The translations under genes were made by a program, and so were the position numbers. A DNA stretch of 64,000 nucleotides from Eledone cirrhosa. Its lineage: Eukaryota. A model generated the notes under the pieces. That model did no database searches. It was given only the letters and a program-made list of their open reading frames with translations, and was not told where the DNA came from. Below are positions 41,200 through 54,290 of the stretch, piece by piece; the first letter of the stretch is position 1, and each line of letters starts with the position of its first letter. The DNA lies in contig OZ024741.1 of the NCBI GenBank assembly GCA_964016885.1, forward strand, positions 61,814,001-61,878,000, written 5' to 3'.

Positions 41200-41269
41200 A
41201 ATACACGAAGCCAACTTTTAAATATTTGACTTATTTATTTTAGTTTATTTTATATATATATATATATAT

Positions 41270-41410
41270 ATGTATCAAGGAGCAAATGACAAAAAACATC
41301 TCGACAGCTGAGGTCACCATAGAGGTGACAGAAAGGAATGTGGGAAATTTAAGAATCAATGAGGCCATTATAATTAAGAAGGAAAAGTCAAACTAAATAA
41401 TAGATTAGAA
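41270..41410 (+). mobile_element. PLE GIY-YIG C-terminal fragment
   Basis: Reads EVTIEVTERNVGNLRINEAIIIKKEKS, then after a frameshift LNNRLE, matching the LRIxEAIxI..P.LN tail. Confidence 0.55.
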
Positions 41411-41760
41411 ATGTAGCAGATTGGCTACTATAAAGGCTCTGATGTTGTTGCCTGTACAGTTTGATATGTACTCTGTTTTACCCTCATTGAGATGTAGGCG
41501 ACCAAGGGCAGCTGCTTCCTGTACAGGCCACAATATCAAAGCAATCAATGTCAGTGATATCAAGCAAGTCAAGGATTTTAAGTATCTTGGCTCCAGGATC
41601 ATTGACTCTGGGAAGGATTTTGCCACCAGAAAAGCCAAAGCATGGTCAGCTTCCTATAGGATGGATCGAGTTTGGAACTCAAATCTTTCCAGCCACACAA
41701 AAATCAGACTCTTCCAAGTAACAATTCAACGAATCTTACTATATGGAAGTGAAACAACAG
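41411..41760 (+). mobile_element. RTE-type LINE RT fragment with an inverted 5' part
   Basis: Plus strand IKQVKDFKYLGS..KIRLFQ..ILLYGSET; minus strand VQEAAALGRLHLNEGKTEY. Confidence 0.8.
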
Positions 41761-43072
41761 ACCCACGTGGAGATCAATTGTTGAGTCGATTTCAGCTGAG
41801 GTCGCCGGATGATGACTATAAAGGCTCCACACATACATATTTCAGACATGTAGACCAGTTAGGGAAGAATACATTGATCGTTCATTTTTGTTTAGAATCA
41901 TTTACGTTTCACATTTGAAAGGAAGGTAATAGCTCTAAAATATCATGTTGAAATATACTGGGTAAAACATAACTTTGTTTTGTTTTATTTGTCCTCCTTT
42001 GACCTTTGTATATTCATTTGTACTGGTGTTTTGAAACTTGGTCATTTATTACATAAGTACATACATACATACATGCATACATAAATACATGCATATCAAT
42101 ACATACACGTATATATGTGTGCGTGTATCTGTATCTCCATTTACTTTATGTCAGTTCGGAAAAAAAAAGGGATCAATGAAATAAGTACAGGATTTGAAAA
42201 AATAAGAACTGGGTTTCATATGATCAATGAAATAAAGGTAGTGCCCCAGTATGGCAGCAGTCAAATGACTGAAACAAGTAAAAGAATACAAAAATATGTC
42301 ATCAGTTTAAAATTATTGATGTTCAAACCCAATCTAATTCTAGTTAAGTTACTGCAATTGCCAAATAATAATAAACTTTAATTACAGACAGCAGAACAAA
42401 CTAAATTTTAAAAAAAACATTTCATCTACTAATTAGCTGAGACAACCACACAGAGTTAATTTAATTGTTCATATAAATAGATCAATTAAACAGTCAAATA
42501 TGAAGGTGATGAAAAATAGGAAAAAATGAATTTTTACAATTCTACAACCAAATTTCTTTCAATTAAGGAAAAACCTTTTTAGTGAAATTTTACGTGAATT
42601 TTTGTATCATTGTATCATCCTTTTTATGTCCGTATTTTTCATACTGGCATAGACTGTATAAGGATTTTTTTGATGCTAAATTTCTCATTATTAAGCTGGT
42701 GCTTGGAACATAAAGGTTCTTACATAAAATTATGATGGTATTTTTTTAGATAAATACAAATAAAGTTTTCTGTTGCAGAACCAGGGATAGTTTCAAGGAT
42801 GTTTATATCAATGGTTATGTAGTAAATGTGTCGATACTATCAAGCCTATAGAAGATTATAAAACCAAGGTGTTGCAATATTTCATGCTAACTCAGGAATA
42901 AACTGATATTTCTATCAAACATACACACACGCTACACACACACAGTCAACTCAAAACATTGCATGCAATGACAGATAAGTTAATTAAAACGAAAATCTGT
43001 TATTAGCAGATATTGGTTCATAATTAGCTCTAATGGAAGAGCCAATGGCATGTAGTACATAGCATCATAGCA

Positions 43073-43427
43073 TTAACCATTTTTATGCCAACTCGGCCAA
43101 AACCACCCATTTTAAAGGGTTCTTAATTAAATTTAAATATTCTAACATAATTTTATGTAAGAACCATCTGTTAAGTTACTACCATAGTAATAAAATAATT
43201 CAGATAGAGTGTGTGTCTAATGAACTATACTATCTATGATTTTAAAATTATTTTAAAAATAAGAATTTAGAGGGATTTTGTAAAATAACTTTCTCATTAT
43301 TCATCTGTTGCTTGAAACATAACAAAAGTTCTTCCATAAAATCATGATGGTAGATTTTTAGATAAACACATTAAAACAAACAGATTTTATCATAGAACCA
43401 GGAGTGATTTAGTACCAAATGGGTTAA
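43073..43427. mobile_element. piggyBac-like MITE (degenerate)
   Basis: TTAA-CCATTT ... AAATGGG-TTAA; related sequence at ~42590-42830. Confidence 0.55.
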
Positions 43428-43849
43428 TGGTCAAATATGGTAAACAGCATAGCATGGCATGGCAGTGTGGATGATAAGCTGCCAAATTTGTTATCTAAAG
43501 GTTAGTTCTCAGTTGTAAGCCTTTTCTGTTTTGATTTCATTAAGTTCTCCTTTGAAAATTCATAAACATCAGAGACACACAGTTTCCAATGTTCATTTTC
43601 TGTCATCAAATGAGTTGACCAACACACATACATATATACACCTTCCGTTGGATACTCTCTAGAATCAAAAGGGATAGCCACCTGTTGACTGAGACCCAAA
43701 CATAAACAAGCAAACACACACTCACCTTCCCATGGCCTGTCTCTGGAGTCAAAAGTTATAGTTACCTGTTAACCATTGCTTTTGTGAAGACTATTGGGAG
43801 ATAGAGAGGAAGGAAGGTCTATTCTAAAACCAAAGATCTGATCTGACAG

Positions 43850-44315
43850 CTTACAACAGAATGGACTCTGCTAAATGTACCCCAGGCGTTAAACTGGGTG
43901 GTAGATTAATTCTATCATCCAACAGCAGATGAACTCTACTAATGATACCCATAGGTCCTTTGGTGGTATCAAACTGGGTGATAGATGAAGCCTACCATCC
44001 AATAACAGCAAAATCTGTTAAAGGTACCTGGGTGGTGGCATTAAACCATGTGGTAGATGAAGTCTACCATTCAACAACAGAATGGACTCTAATAAATGTA
44101 CTTCGAGACTAGGCAGTGGTGTTAAATTGGCTAACAGATTAAATCTACTATGCAACAGCAGATTAATCTCTGTTAAAGGTACCCAAGGGACAGATGGTGC
44201 GGTTAAATTGTGTAACAGATTAAGTCTACCACTCAACAACAGAATGGAATCTGCTAAAGATACCCAGGTGGTGGTGGTATTAAACCAGGCAATAGGTTAA
44301 GCCTACCACCCAAAT
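43850..44315. repeat. Degenerate ~65-80-bp tandem repeat, about 6 units
   Basis: Recurring AACAGAATGGACTCT..AAA(G/T)GTACC..GGTGGT..TTAAAC..GTAGATGAAGTCTACCA. Confidence 0.75.
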
Positions 44316-45276
44316 AGGCCACTGTGGGATTTGAACTGTGAAAGAAAAGAACTGAAACAAATACCACAAAACATCTGCCTAATTTTTTCTATTCCAAGAG
44401 ATCCTCCATCAACTTCATTGAAGTCCTCGAGCTCAGTTTGTTTCATTGACCAGCTTGGCAAACTCAAACTTGATTGTGTTAAATGTTTTGCCTCATTAAC
44501 AGTCAGGTTTAGTATTTTTGCCTACTTCAACCATGGATCCTGATAATACATTTTGGTTGGCTTTGAAAACGAAAATTTTTTTGTGTATGTTGTATTTTCT
44601 CTTTGACGATATTCTTGTGGTGTTATGCATAAATGAAGTTTTGTAAGGGAAGACGATATTTTGTATTTTTATGTTAGTATATACGAATTGTATTCTCCTT
44701 TATCAATATTGACTCTGCTCCAACCTCTTTTAACCAGGCTTCTTTGAAATTGAATCAAACGCGTCTCCAGTTTTTCATATTTCAATTTCTTTTGGAAGCC
44801 ATAGTAACATCTGGTCACATAGAGTGGTCACATGAACGTGGCTCCCTAGATATCAGTGTGGTCAGATGTGGTGTAGTGTGGTCATGTGGGGGTGCAGGGA
44901 GTGTGCTGTGGTCAGATGTGATGAGATATGGTGTGGTGGGGTGTGCTGTGGTCAGGTGTGGAGTTGTGTGGTGATGGGGATGGGGGTGTGATATCATGTG
45001 ATGTGGTGTGGTGTGATGTGGTCAGGTGTGGTGCATGTTTATGATAAATAATGACTAAAGTAGTGATTATCTATAATGAATTCACCTAATGAGAACCTAA
45101 CAATAGATCTAATGATAATAAAGAATACATTTAATTAAAAGAGACAGTAAGAGCTGAGCCAAAGGAAGACAAAATGAGCAAGTGTAATTATAAATTACAT
45201 GTCTTCATAATCACTTTGGCTGCTACCACCACACCACAACTGCCATCATTATCCTTCTCCTACTACTTATCATTTT

Positions 45277-45460
45277 GGCAGTATCGGTAGAGGGTCGGAT
45301 GCTATGCTTTGATGCATAGAGTTATGGCCCTTGCCATTCTGAGTTCGAATCCCGCCGAGTTTAAGTTTGTCTTTCATCCTTACGAGGTCAATAAAATAAA
45401 GTACCAGTAATACACTGGGATAATTGCTGGCCTTGTGCCAAAATTAGAAATAATTATTAA
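45277..45460 (+). mobile_element. SINE family A
   Basis: GAGTTCGAATCCCGCCGAG..CTTTCATCCTTACGAGGTCAATAAAATAAAGTACCAG. Confidence 0.88.
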
Positions 45461-45522
45461 CATTGTATGTGTGTATAACACACACACACACATGTATATA
45501 TTATTACTATTATTATTATTAT

Positions 45523-45652
45523 TTATTTATTTATGTTCATACATGGAACAAAGGCACTACCTAAGGTTTCAAGTCCCAATTTTGTAAGAGTGATCAGATT
45601 TGTGACCAAGCCATCAGGAGTTTTTGTTCCATGAATGAACATAAATAAATAA
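45523..45652 (-). mobile_element. 130-bp mini-element: 30-bp inverted ends around a decayed hammerhead
   Basis: 45523-45552 vs 45623-45652 is inverted with 1 mismatch. The interior on the minus strand reads CTC-CTGATGG-..GTCACAAAT..ATTGGGAC..-GAAA-CCTTAG-GTA^GTG. Confidence 0.65.
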
Positions 45653-46359
45653 TATAATATATCATCTCTCATACCTGAGTGAGCACTGTTTTCCTTGTTC
45701 TGTTTTCACATCCACTGATATTTTACTACATACACATACATGTGTATTACATACACATACAGTGCGGTGCAGATAAATCCAGAAAAAAATCATCATCATC
45801 TATTTTTCATACTGGTATGAATTTGACAGGTCATCATGGTCCATGACTGGCTGGGTCAGAGAACCACATCTTGTTATACTTTACATATTTTGGCTAAATT
45901 TATAATGTCCTTTCTAATGCCAACTATTTTACACAGTGTACTGAACTGAATACAAGCTATTGTGGCACTAACACTTTACTGAGTGTAATAAGTATATGCT
46001 ATCATGGCACCAGCTGTAACACTTTACAGTGTACTTGGTGTCTTTTATTGTGGAATCAGCACGAACACTTCACAGAGGGTACTGGTTGTTTATTGTGGCA
46101 TCAGTTCTAACACTTTAAAGAATGTACTAGGTGCAGTTTATTATGGCACCAGCACCAGAGGGTGCCATATTTCCCAAGACTAAAGTTTACTCTCTACTCT
46201 ATATTATCTCCAGTCAGTTGCCAACCATTTATGAAAGAATCAAAACAACTATTTGATCTACCAATGAAGAGAAGTATAGCAGATAGTTATATATAAAGTC
46301 AGTAGGTGTAAGGAATTTGCTCTCAACAGAGTAGACTCCAGTGAAAGCACCAGGGTATT

Positions 46360-46915
46360 AGGCGACTGAGTTAAACCAGGCCATAGACCAAGTCTACCAC
46401 TCATATAGTCCACAGCATGACTTGAATTCAGAACACAAAGAGACAGGAAAAGAAAATTACTGCAAAGCATCTTGTCTTGCTTCTCAGTTCACTACCCTGG
46501 ACTAGTACTTTATGTAATCAAATCAAGAAAGATGAAAAGTAAAGTTGATTTTAGCAGGATTTAAACTCAGTATAAGAGAAGCCAGAATAGATATTAAAAG
46601 ACATCCTGTCTAATATTCTAATTATTTAACCAATCCACTAGCCTAGACTGGTATTTTATTTAGCGAACCCAGGAAGGGTAAAGTCAAAGTAGATCTTCAC
46701 AGGATTTGTACTAAGGACTCAAAGAGCAAAAATAATTATTCCAAAACATCTCATCCAATGCCTTAACAATTTTGCCAGTCTTCTAACTTAGACTGATACA
46801 TTATTTATTGATCCTGAAAGGATAACAAGCAGCATAGACTTTGGTGAGATTTGAACTCGGGACCCAAATAGATTGAATAAATACCACTAGGCATTTCATC
46901 TGAGGCTCTAATATC
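46360..46915 (-). repeat. Old tandem array (~145-bp units) of SINE-A heads
   Basis: Units at ~46501, 46646 and 46792 begin ACT(A/G)GTA.TTTAT..GATGAAA..AAAGT..GGATTTGAACTC. Confidence 0.65.
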
Positions 46916-47282
46916 CCTATCCCTGTTCTGAGTTTTGTTGGAATCAACTTTACACATTAGGTATTGATCCTGCAACTAGAGGTGTAAGAGTGTGAAAATA
47001 TGTACATGTGATGATGTACTTCAAGAATTAATTCAATCGACAATGTTTCACTTCTGTCCAATAAGAAATTGGCCTGGTGCCTGGATAAGAGACCATTCTG
47101 GTTAATTTCTATTCAATGTGTGTGTGGAGTGAGGACCAAGCAATGATGCAGTACTAAGTTATTGGCAAATTTACTTTCAATTCCCAATAGGAATCAGATT
47201 TCTTACATTTCCAAATGCCTCAAAGAAATACATAATTCTTCAATTTCCCTTTTCTCAACACAATGATTATTTAAGAAATTCT

Positions 47283-47336
<54 letters not shown>

Positions 47337-47460
47337 AGGAGGTGAGTTTTATTGTAGCACAATAACGCAATGCAAATATCGGATAAGTAGCACTCTACAG
47401 TTTGTAGGACTGGAGTATAAATACTATAAGATCAAAAGATGGTTAAAAGAGTTCCAAGTA

Positions 47461-47527
47461 TTTTATTATGCGCATTTCAAAAACAAATATCATCATGAGA
47501 TGATATCTGCATTCTCATCAGATAAAA
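47461..47527 (-). ncRNA. Type I hammerhead ribozyme in a solo PLE-A terminus (47331-47592)
   Basis: TTTTAT-CTGATGA-GAATGCAGATATCATC(TCAT)GATGATATTTGTTTTT-GAAA-TGCGC-ATA^ATAAAA; paralogue of 23072-23138. Confidence 0.88.
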
Positions 47528-47599
47528 TAGGGAGACATGATATGAAGTTTAAAAAACACTTGTAAATAGTGAAGTTTTAAATCAACATATGTTGATAAT

Positions 47600-48075
47600 G
47601 TGACAAGCCAGGTCTGATGACCATGTTTTGCTTATACAGAGCTGATTTTAGCTTGGTTTCTAAGGCTGGATGCCCTTCCTAAGACCAACCATGTTTACAG
47701 TGTGTACTGGGTGCTTTTTGTCAAGACACCAGCACAACCACTTTACAGTGAGGACTGGGGGCTTGGTTGGGAGGTGCATGCAGATTGGGGAAGTAGATCT
47801 AGGGGTGTGGGTGGAGTGTTATGACATGAGTGAAGTATTAGGATGTGGGTGGGGTGTTACAATATGGGAGGTGTATGGAGGGGTGATGGAAAGGAAGGTG
47901 GTGCACACTAGATGTATGCTTCAACCCATACACATGGAGAGACAGGTTGTCTGTATTACTCGCCCCTGAGATGTGTAATTGAGCAAGGTCAGCTTTTATT
48001 ACCTGATCCCAAGTCTGCCTAGGTCTTCTTATTTCAGAACTTTGAATGTTCTACACCTTTTTATACAGTTGTCAT
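47600..48075 (-). mobile_element. Decayed RTE 3' end and UTR
   Basis: GGATGCCCTTCCTAA motif and an RT C-terminal remnant (CIKRCRTFKV). Confidence 0.6.
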
Positions 48076-48865
48076 AGAGGTGACCAGTAGGTGAGCACAT
48101 GGGCCCAGCTTGCCACCCAACTACTGCCAGAACAGGATGGTCAAAGAAGCTGAATGTAGCTGTAATGGGGTGCTATTTTTTCAGTAGGCCCATCGATAAT
48201 GAGGGATAATCTATAAGTGATTACAGAAAACGAATGCACAACATTTGAAAGGAGAGATGTTGAAAGTGACAGAACAAAGACTGTGTGACCAGATACACAT
48301 AAATACATTTTAAAAATGGTTGGCTAATGGAGGTTGAGTTGGAAGAAATAAGAAGGAGAGATATATCTGTAAGGGTCACAGGTGAGGATGAAGATCTTGA
48401 GGCAGGTAAAATTGTGATGGATGAAGTGAACATGAAGGAGCTTGAAAGATAGCCAACGATCAGTATCTTAGAGAAGAATGAAAGGAGTAAAAAGTATAAG
48501 AAGATGTATAAGAAGATGATTAATGAGATGATCAAGACCATGAAAGAGGGGAATCTGAGTAAAATACATGGAGTGAAGAAGGCAGATAGAACACTTCTGA
48601 ATAGATGAACAAAAAGGGTGACTGAGGTACTGAAGTATATTTGAATAGAAAATATATCTGATACAAATAAACTTATTGGTGCTACAGTTGTGTTTGTTGC
48701 AAGGAAAATAAGATTTGTAAATCCACGAATAGGAAAAAGGGAAGGAACCATGGTGGAAGAGAAGAATTAGAGGATCATAGAAGACATATTAATATCTTGG
48801 AATATAAAAAGTGAAAAGAAATAAAGAAGAAAAATAAATATATTGAAATAGAAAAGAAGTATAAT
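48076..48865 (+). mobile_element. R4/Dong-like non-LTR element, N-terminal relic
   Basis: WSKKLNVAVMGCYF..YRKRMHNI..VTEQRLCDQ..KNGWL.EVELEEIRR..DTNKLI..EPWWKRRI, with stops and frameshifts. Recognised by motif only. Confidence 0.7.
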
Positions 48866-49159
48866 GTGCAGCAGACAGGTATAAACATGGATGCAGCCCA
48901 TGACATCCAAGCTGTCTGTCCAGTACCAACAAGGACATTAGACACAACTTTAACGTGTAGAAGTACAATTCCCAACAGGACAGTTGTTTGTTGGGAGAAA
49001 TTTGTGATATGGGGTCTATTTACTGAAGATAATCTGCTTTTTTTGTTTGAGTAATATCAAGCCCTAAGCTCTTATGACATCTGAAATTATCTATGTTATT
49101 ATGTGGCATTGACAACATTCATGCAATTCTGATCTTTAAACCATTAAAGTTTCAGTAAA

Positions 49160-49435
49160 GCAGTAGGGTCGATATAATCGACTTTCTTTTCCCCCAAAAT
49201 TGTTGGCCTTGTGCCTAAATCAGAACCCACAGTATCGGTAGAGTGTCAGACACCATGATTAGCAGCATAGAGCTATGGCACTTTACCTTCTGAGTTCAAA
49301 TCCCGCAGCGGCTAGCTTTGCCTTTCATCCTTATGGGGTTGATCAAATAAAGCACCAGTAATGCAATGGTGTCGATTTAATCGACTTTTCCTTCCCTCCC
49401 AAATTGCTGGCCTTGTGCCAATAGTAGAAATCATT
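49160..49435 (+). mobile_element. SINE family A preceded by an extra 3' fragment
   Basis: Tail GGCCTTGTGCC(T/A)AA..AGAA appears twice (~49205 and ~49410). Confidence 0.8.
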
Positions 49436-49935
49436 ATTATCATTATTATTATCATCAACATCATCATTATCATTAGTATTTGTGTTTCTGAAGGAAAAGA
49501 ACTCACTAAAATATGGAAATTATTTGATAAATAACAAAATTGTTTTTTTTTTCTTTTACATTTAAAAAAAAAAAGAAAAAATATGACTAAATAAAATTAG
49601 AAAGACGAAAATACAGATTTCATAATTTTGTTTGTTTTTTGTTGTGTTTCAGTTGAAGTTATGTACGAATATATACAATCTTATACCACTTGAACTAGTC
49701 AAAAAGGCAAATAAAACCGATAATTTCTTTAAAGATAGTTTTACAATTACAAAATTGGATATAAGGAAAAATAGGGAGGGGAATAAATATTGAATAAACA
49801 CGAAAAATAAGACAAAAAATAAACATTAAAAATAACATAAAAACAACAATATAATGGTATAATCAAGAATATCCAATAAAACAAGTTTATTATAAATTTG
49901 AAATCATGTTCATTTATTTATTTATAATAATGATG

Positions 49936-49996
<61 letters not shown>

Positions 49997-50289
49997 TAAT
50001 AATAATTATTATTATTATTATTATTTTCAAGGAATTTTGCTTTTAGCTAAAATAAAAAAATTTTTTTTAAAAACAACTTAAAAATTATTTTTTCACGGAA
50101 ATACCAAAGAAAAATTTTAAGCTAAATAGATTTTACAAAACTCCAAGAAAGTCTGCCTCACAAAAACAAAAATGTAGTATTTGAAATCTATATGTATGTG
50201 TAAGTGTATATCTGTATGAGTTAATAATTAACACTCACACACACATACATCTATATATATATGATGATGATGATATCGATGTATGTATG

Positions 50290-50342
<53 letters not shown>

Positions 50343-51019
50343 ATAGAAAGAGAGTGAAATGAAAGAAATATATTTGCTATATATACGCATGTATATAATC
50401 ATACATCCAAATACACACATACACATGCATTCATCTATTGGATTGGAAATGCGCAAGGCAAACTGATTACTATAACAATTCATGCATATGTATTACAAAC
50501 ACATAATCCAGTTAAGGAAGAACATATTGATAGCTCATTTTGTTTTGAACTGTTTCAGCTTCACATTTGAAAAGAGAGTATTAGCCCTGAAATATGTTGA
50601 AATATACTGAGTAAAACATTACTTTGTTTTACTTGTCCTCATTTGCACTTTGTATTTTTCTACTGCATTATACTGGCTTTTATAAAATTACCAGCCTTTT
50701 ATATATATGTGCGTGTATGTGTCTATTTTGTATGATTCTATGCAAAAGAATGACTTTGGCATTAGGAAGGGCATCCATCCACAGAAAACCAGCCAGAAAC
50801 ACTCTTATATGAGCGAGACAAGGTCACCTAAACCAACTTGCCTCTAAATGGGACAAACCTATCTAACCCATGCTAGCATGGAAGATAGACGTTAATCGAT
50901 TATGATGATGATGATGATATATATATATATAAAACATACATACTATTCTTTTCTCTCTATATATATTTATATATATGTATATTAATATATGCTTTTTCAC
51001 TCACTTATTCCTGGGGGGG

Positions 51020-51540
51020 TTGTGAGATTGTGAGTCCTCAAGCATGCCTTCCAGTATGTACGGTCAGAAACAACCCTCTCCAATTGATCCGAATGGATCC
51101 CCAGGTGGGACCAGCTGAGCTGATGGATGTTACCCAACAATTTTTCTCATGGTTTTCTTCTGGGTTCCTTACTGGTTGGCTTTTCCAGTAAAATCTGTCC
51201 AGTAATTCTTTTCTGAGACATTTTAACCTCATGTCCATAATGATGGAGCTGTGATCTCTCAATTTGAAGAAGTGACTCTATCTGGAGTGACTCTCTAATC
51301 TCTGAGCCAAGCACTCCTTTGAGTAATGTTACTCCAAAGACTCTTTGGAAGAATCTCGTTTTGACTGCTTGTATCATATTCTTTTGGCCATTTCTCAAGA
51401 TTCATGACCATAAGTAAAGGTTGGTATAAACACCGAATTGAAGGCAGCGAGCTTGCCTTTTACACCTACTTCCCTTCTTCCAACTGCTGAAGCTGGAGCA
51501 TTATTGCAGCAGATAACCAACATACAGAATTTCCTATAGA
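51020..51540 (-). mobile_element. LINE 3' fragment (a second RTE-type family)
   Basis: SEIRESLQIESLLQIERSQLHHYGH..MSQKRITGQIL. Confidence 0.7.
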
Positions 51541-51859
51541 CAACCAATCTAAAACTCATCTATTATGGTTTGTACTTTGAATTTCTCAGAAAACTCACTT
51601 CATACTCTCACTTTACAGAAAGCTCCTCTGTACATATCTTGCACAGCTGTCACAAGCCAGATGATAGATCATAGTACTCAGTCAAAAACCTTCACTAGAT
51701 GAAAAAAAAAAAAAACACAAACCATATACAGAGGCTTACTCTTAGCTTGGAATTTTGCATATAGTTATCTCACTAAGAAAAGGTAATTTGTAGTGCTTCT
51801 AGGCACAGATCTGAACTACATCTCATTTAATTTGACTCTCTAATTTGTTTTGTTAGAAC

Positions 51860-53335
51860 TTTTTGTCACCATCATAAAATGGTCCATTAGTTTTAAGCCT
51901 CTGTAGTTATTCCTTTCTAGAGCATCAACTTTTTCCTAGTAGTAATTAATAACTATCCTGCTATACCAGTCATAGGGTATATCTCTGTCCTGTATTATCT
52001 GGCTAACTATGCAGGTAATTTATTCAGCAACTACTTCCCCAGACACTTTCAGCATCTCCGATACTATCTCAGACCATTTGTCAACTCCTTGATTTCTTCT
52101 TTGACCGTATAACTATCAATTTTGATAGCTGGACCCTCTATTCAGTAAGTTGGGGTAGTCTCTCTTCCTCCCATTCATTCTCCACATTCCTCAGCCTCTT
52201 AGAGTAGCATTTCCAGGTTTCTTTCTTTTGAGCATTAGTGATGATTAGTGAACTGGTGTTATTTCGAACCCACTTTTACCCAATGACATCCTGGTTCACA
52301 CTGACATGGTGTTTTGCAATGCCAAAACACCTCACATTATAAGACATTGGTAAACAAACTACTTTCTGTCTCTTTGCATGCTATCTATACTTGTTGTCTA
52401 GCTTCCCTTTTAGCTCCAAGATACTGATTATTGCTGCCCCCATTTAAGCCCCTAGGCTTTAATGGTTCTATCCACCATGCTGTTCCACTACTACTGTCTG
52501 GCTGGTCATTTTCTCTAGTCAGAAGTTTCATTAACTGTCATATAAGAATTATGTGTAATTAACTGTCACAGAAGAACTTTCAACTGTCCTCTATGTCATA
52601 TGTGTCTAACATATCTTCTCTCATCATACACATCATCTAGAGCTTTCTTCTCTGGAAAAGGTTTTAACATTTAAACCATTTGTCTGACTCATTTTCCAAC
52701 AATTAAAGAAGTCAATCTGGCTTGCGTGTTTACTTGATTGGCTGGTGATCAGGTAACTGACTGGTTTCCAGCAGTTAGTGTTGCAAATAGTTAGTTTAAT
52801 TGCATCACAATTGTAGGAGCCTCACTCTCTCTTCATTTCTTGAACAACAACCATAGATACCACGTATTCCACCATAGCTATCCTGGTATTGCCCAACTTG
52901 TCCATTGAAGTTGCCAGCAAAGATGATTTTACCTTGGTCATCTGTAACTGAGATTGTCTGTAAGAGTTCTTCACAAAACAATGGTTTCTTTATTCTTTAC
53001 TTAGACCTGATTCTGCTGCATGGGTAAAGATGATTGCCAACACTCCATTGCTTATGACTATTCTGAGCTTGATAATTCTGTCACTTTATCAACCAGAATT
53101 ACTTTATCTATCCATTTCTCAATTAATAGAATGCCTACTCCACCTACCTCAACATCATTTCCTACCAAAATAAACCTTGTATCTACATTGTTTGTCTGAT
53201 TAGTCTTGCTGAGACACTTCTTTATCTCACCACTTGAACACAACATACATCCACTAATTTCCTCTGAAGTAACTCCACAATTTCTCCAGATCTATCTTTT
53301 AGTGTGCCCACAGTGAGAATGGCAACCCTGAATTG
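51860..53335 (-). mobile_element. Heavily decayed RTE (APE and RT N-terminus)
   Basis: FRVAILTVGTLKDRSGEIVELL and VGNDVEVGGVGILLIEKWIDK; colinear with 19905-21560. Confidence 0.8.
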
Positions 53336-53540
53336 CGTTATCTGACACTTGCAATTAGGCCCTTTAGTAGTAATTGTTTATACCTGGAATAGAATAAGGG
53401 GTGTGATTGCTTTATGATGGTCAGATAACACAGGACAGGGTTATACCCAATGACTGGCACAGAAGTGTATTTATTAATGGCTGACTAAGGTTAGCTCTGT
53501 ATATGCAGTTTGTGTGAATCTTATATGTTGCGTTTTTTTT

Positions 53541-54290
53541 ATATTTATCTAAAATCCTTCCATTATAATTTTATGTGAGAACCTCTATTAAGTTATGTTC
53601 CAAATATCAATATAAGAATGAGTAAGTCAGATATATTACTAGTTTTTTCAAAATTCTTCTGTTTTAAAAATTGCCAGAAAACCATTGGCTGTATCTTTCA
53701 TTAGAAATATGTCAATGAAAGAGTTGTGATATTTTTCATTAAAACCTGTCCATTACAAGAAACCTTGTTAAGTTATGTTCCAAACACCAACTTAATAATC
53801 AGAACGTTAGATATATTATTAATTTTGTCAAAATTCTTGATTATTTTCAAAATTATAAGAAAATCATAAGCAGTGTCTTCATTAGAAATATGACAAAGAA
53901 AGGGTTAAAATGTTTCTAATTATCTAAAACCCATCATAATTATATGTAAGAACATTTAAATTATGTTTCAAACACCAGCTTAATAATGAGAAAGTTAGCT
54001 AGCTTACCAATTTTTCCACAAATTTTTGATTATTTTCAAAACAACCAGAAAACCACAAGCAGTATCTTTCTTCAGTAATACGGCAATGAAAGAATTATAT
54101 TGATTCTATTTATCTGTAACACTTCCTTCATAAATTTATGTAAGAACCTTTAAGTTATGCTCTGAACACTAGCTTAATAATAAAAAAGCTAGCTATATTA
54201 CTAAATGCTGACAAATTCTTGATAATTTTCAAAATTATCAGAAAATCATTAGCAGTACTTCAGTAATATAGTGAAGAAAGGGTTAACCGA
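53541..54290 (+). repeat. ~187-bp tandem repeat x4 ending in a piggyBac-like AAAGGGTTAA
   Basis: Each unit has AAGTTATGTTCCAAACACCA..AAAATTCTTGA..CATTAGAAATATG..AAAG(G)GTT; related single copy on the minus strand at ~58850-59010. Confidence 0.8.

Larger units (their letters stand above)
40815..41252. repeat. ~440-bp palindrome of a PLE-type terminus
   Basis: Centre ACTGGAAT-G-ATTCCAGT at 41032; arms 217 and 220 bp. Confidence 0.95.

Noticed and set aside
41905-41955. Further hammerheads here and at ~50560-50600 (a related repeat pair)
   Set aside because: The core is too decayed (TTGAAAG/TTGAAAA, and AAAA in one copy) to call.
44400-44810. Possible LINE ORF1 or host exon on the minus strand
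   Set aside because: Multiple stops and no recognisable motif.
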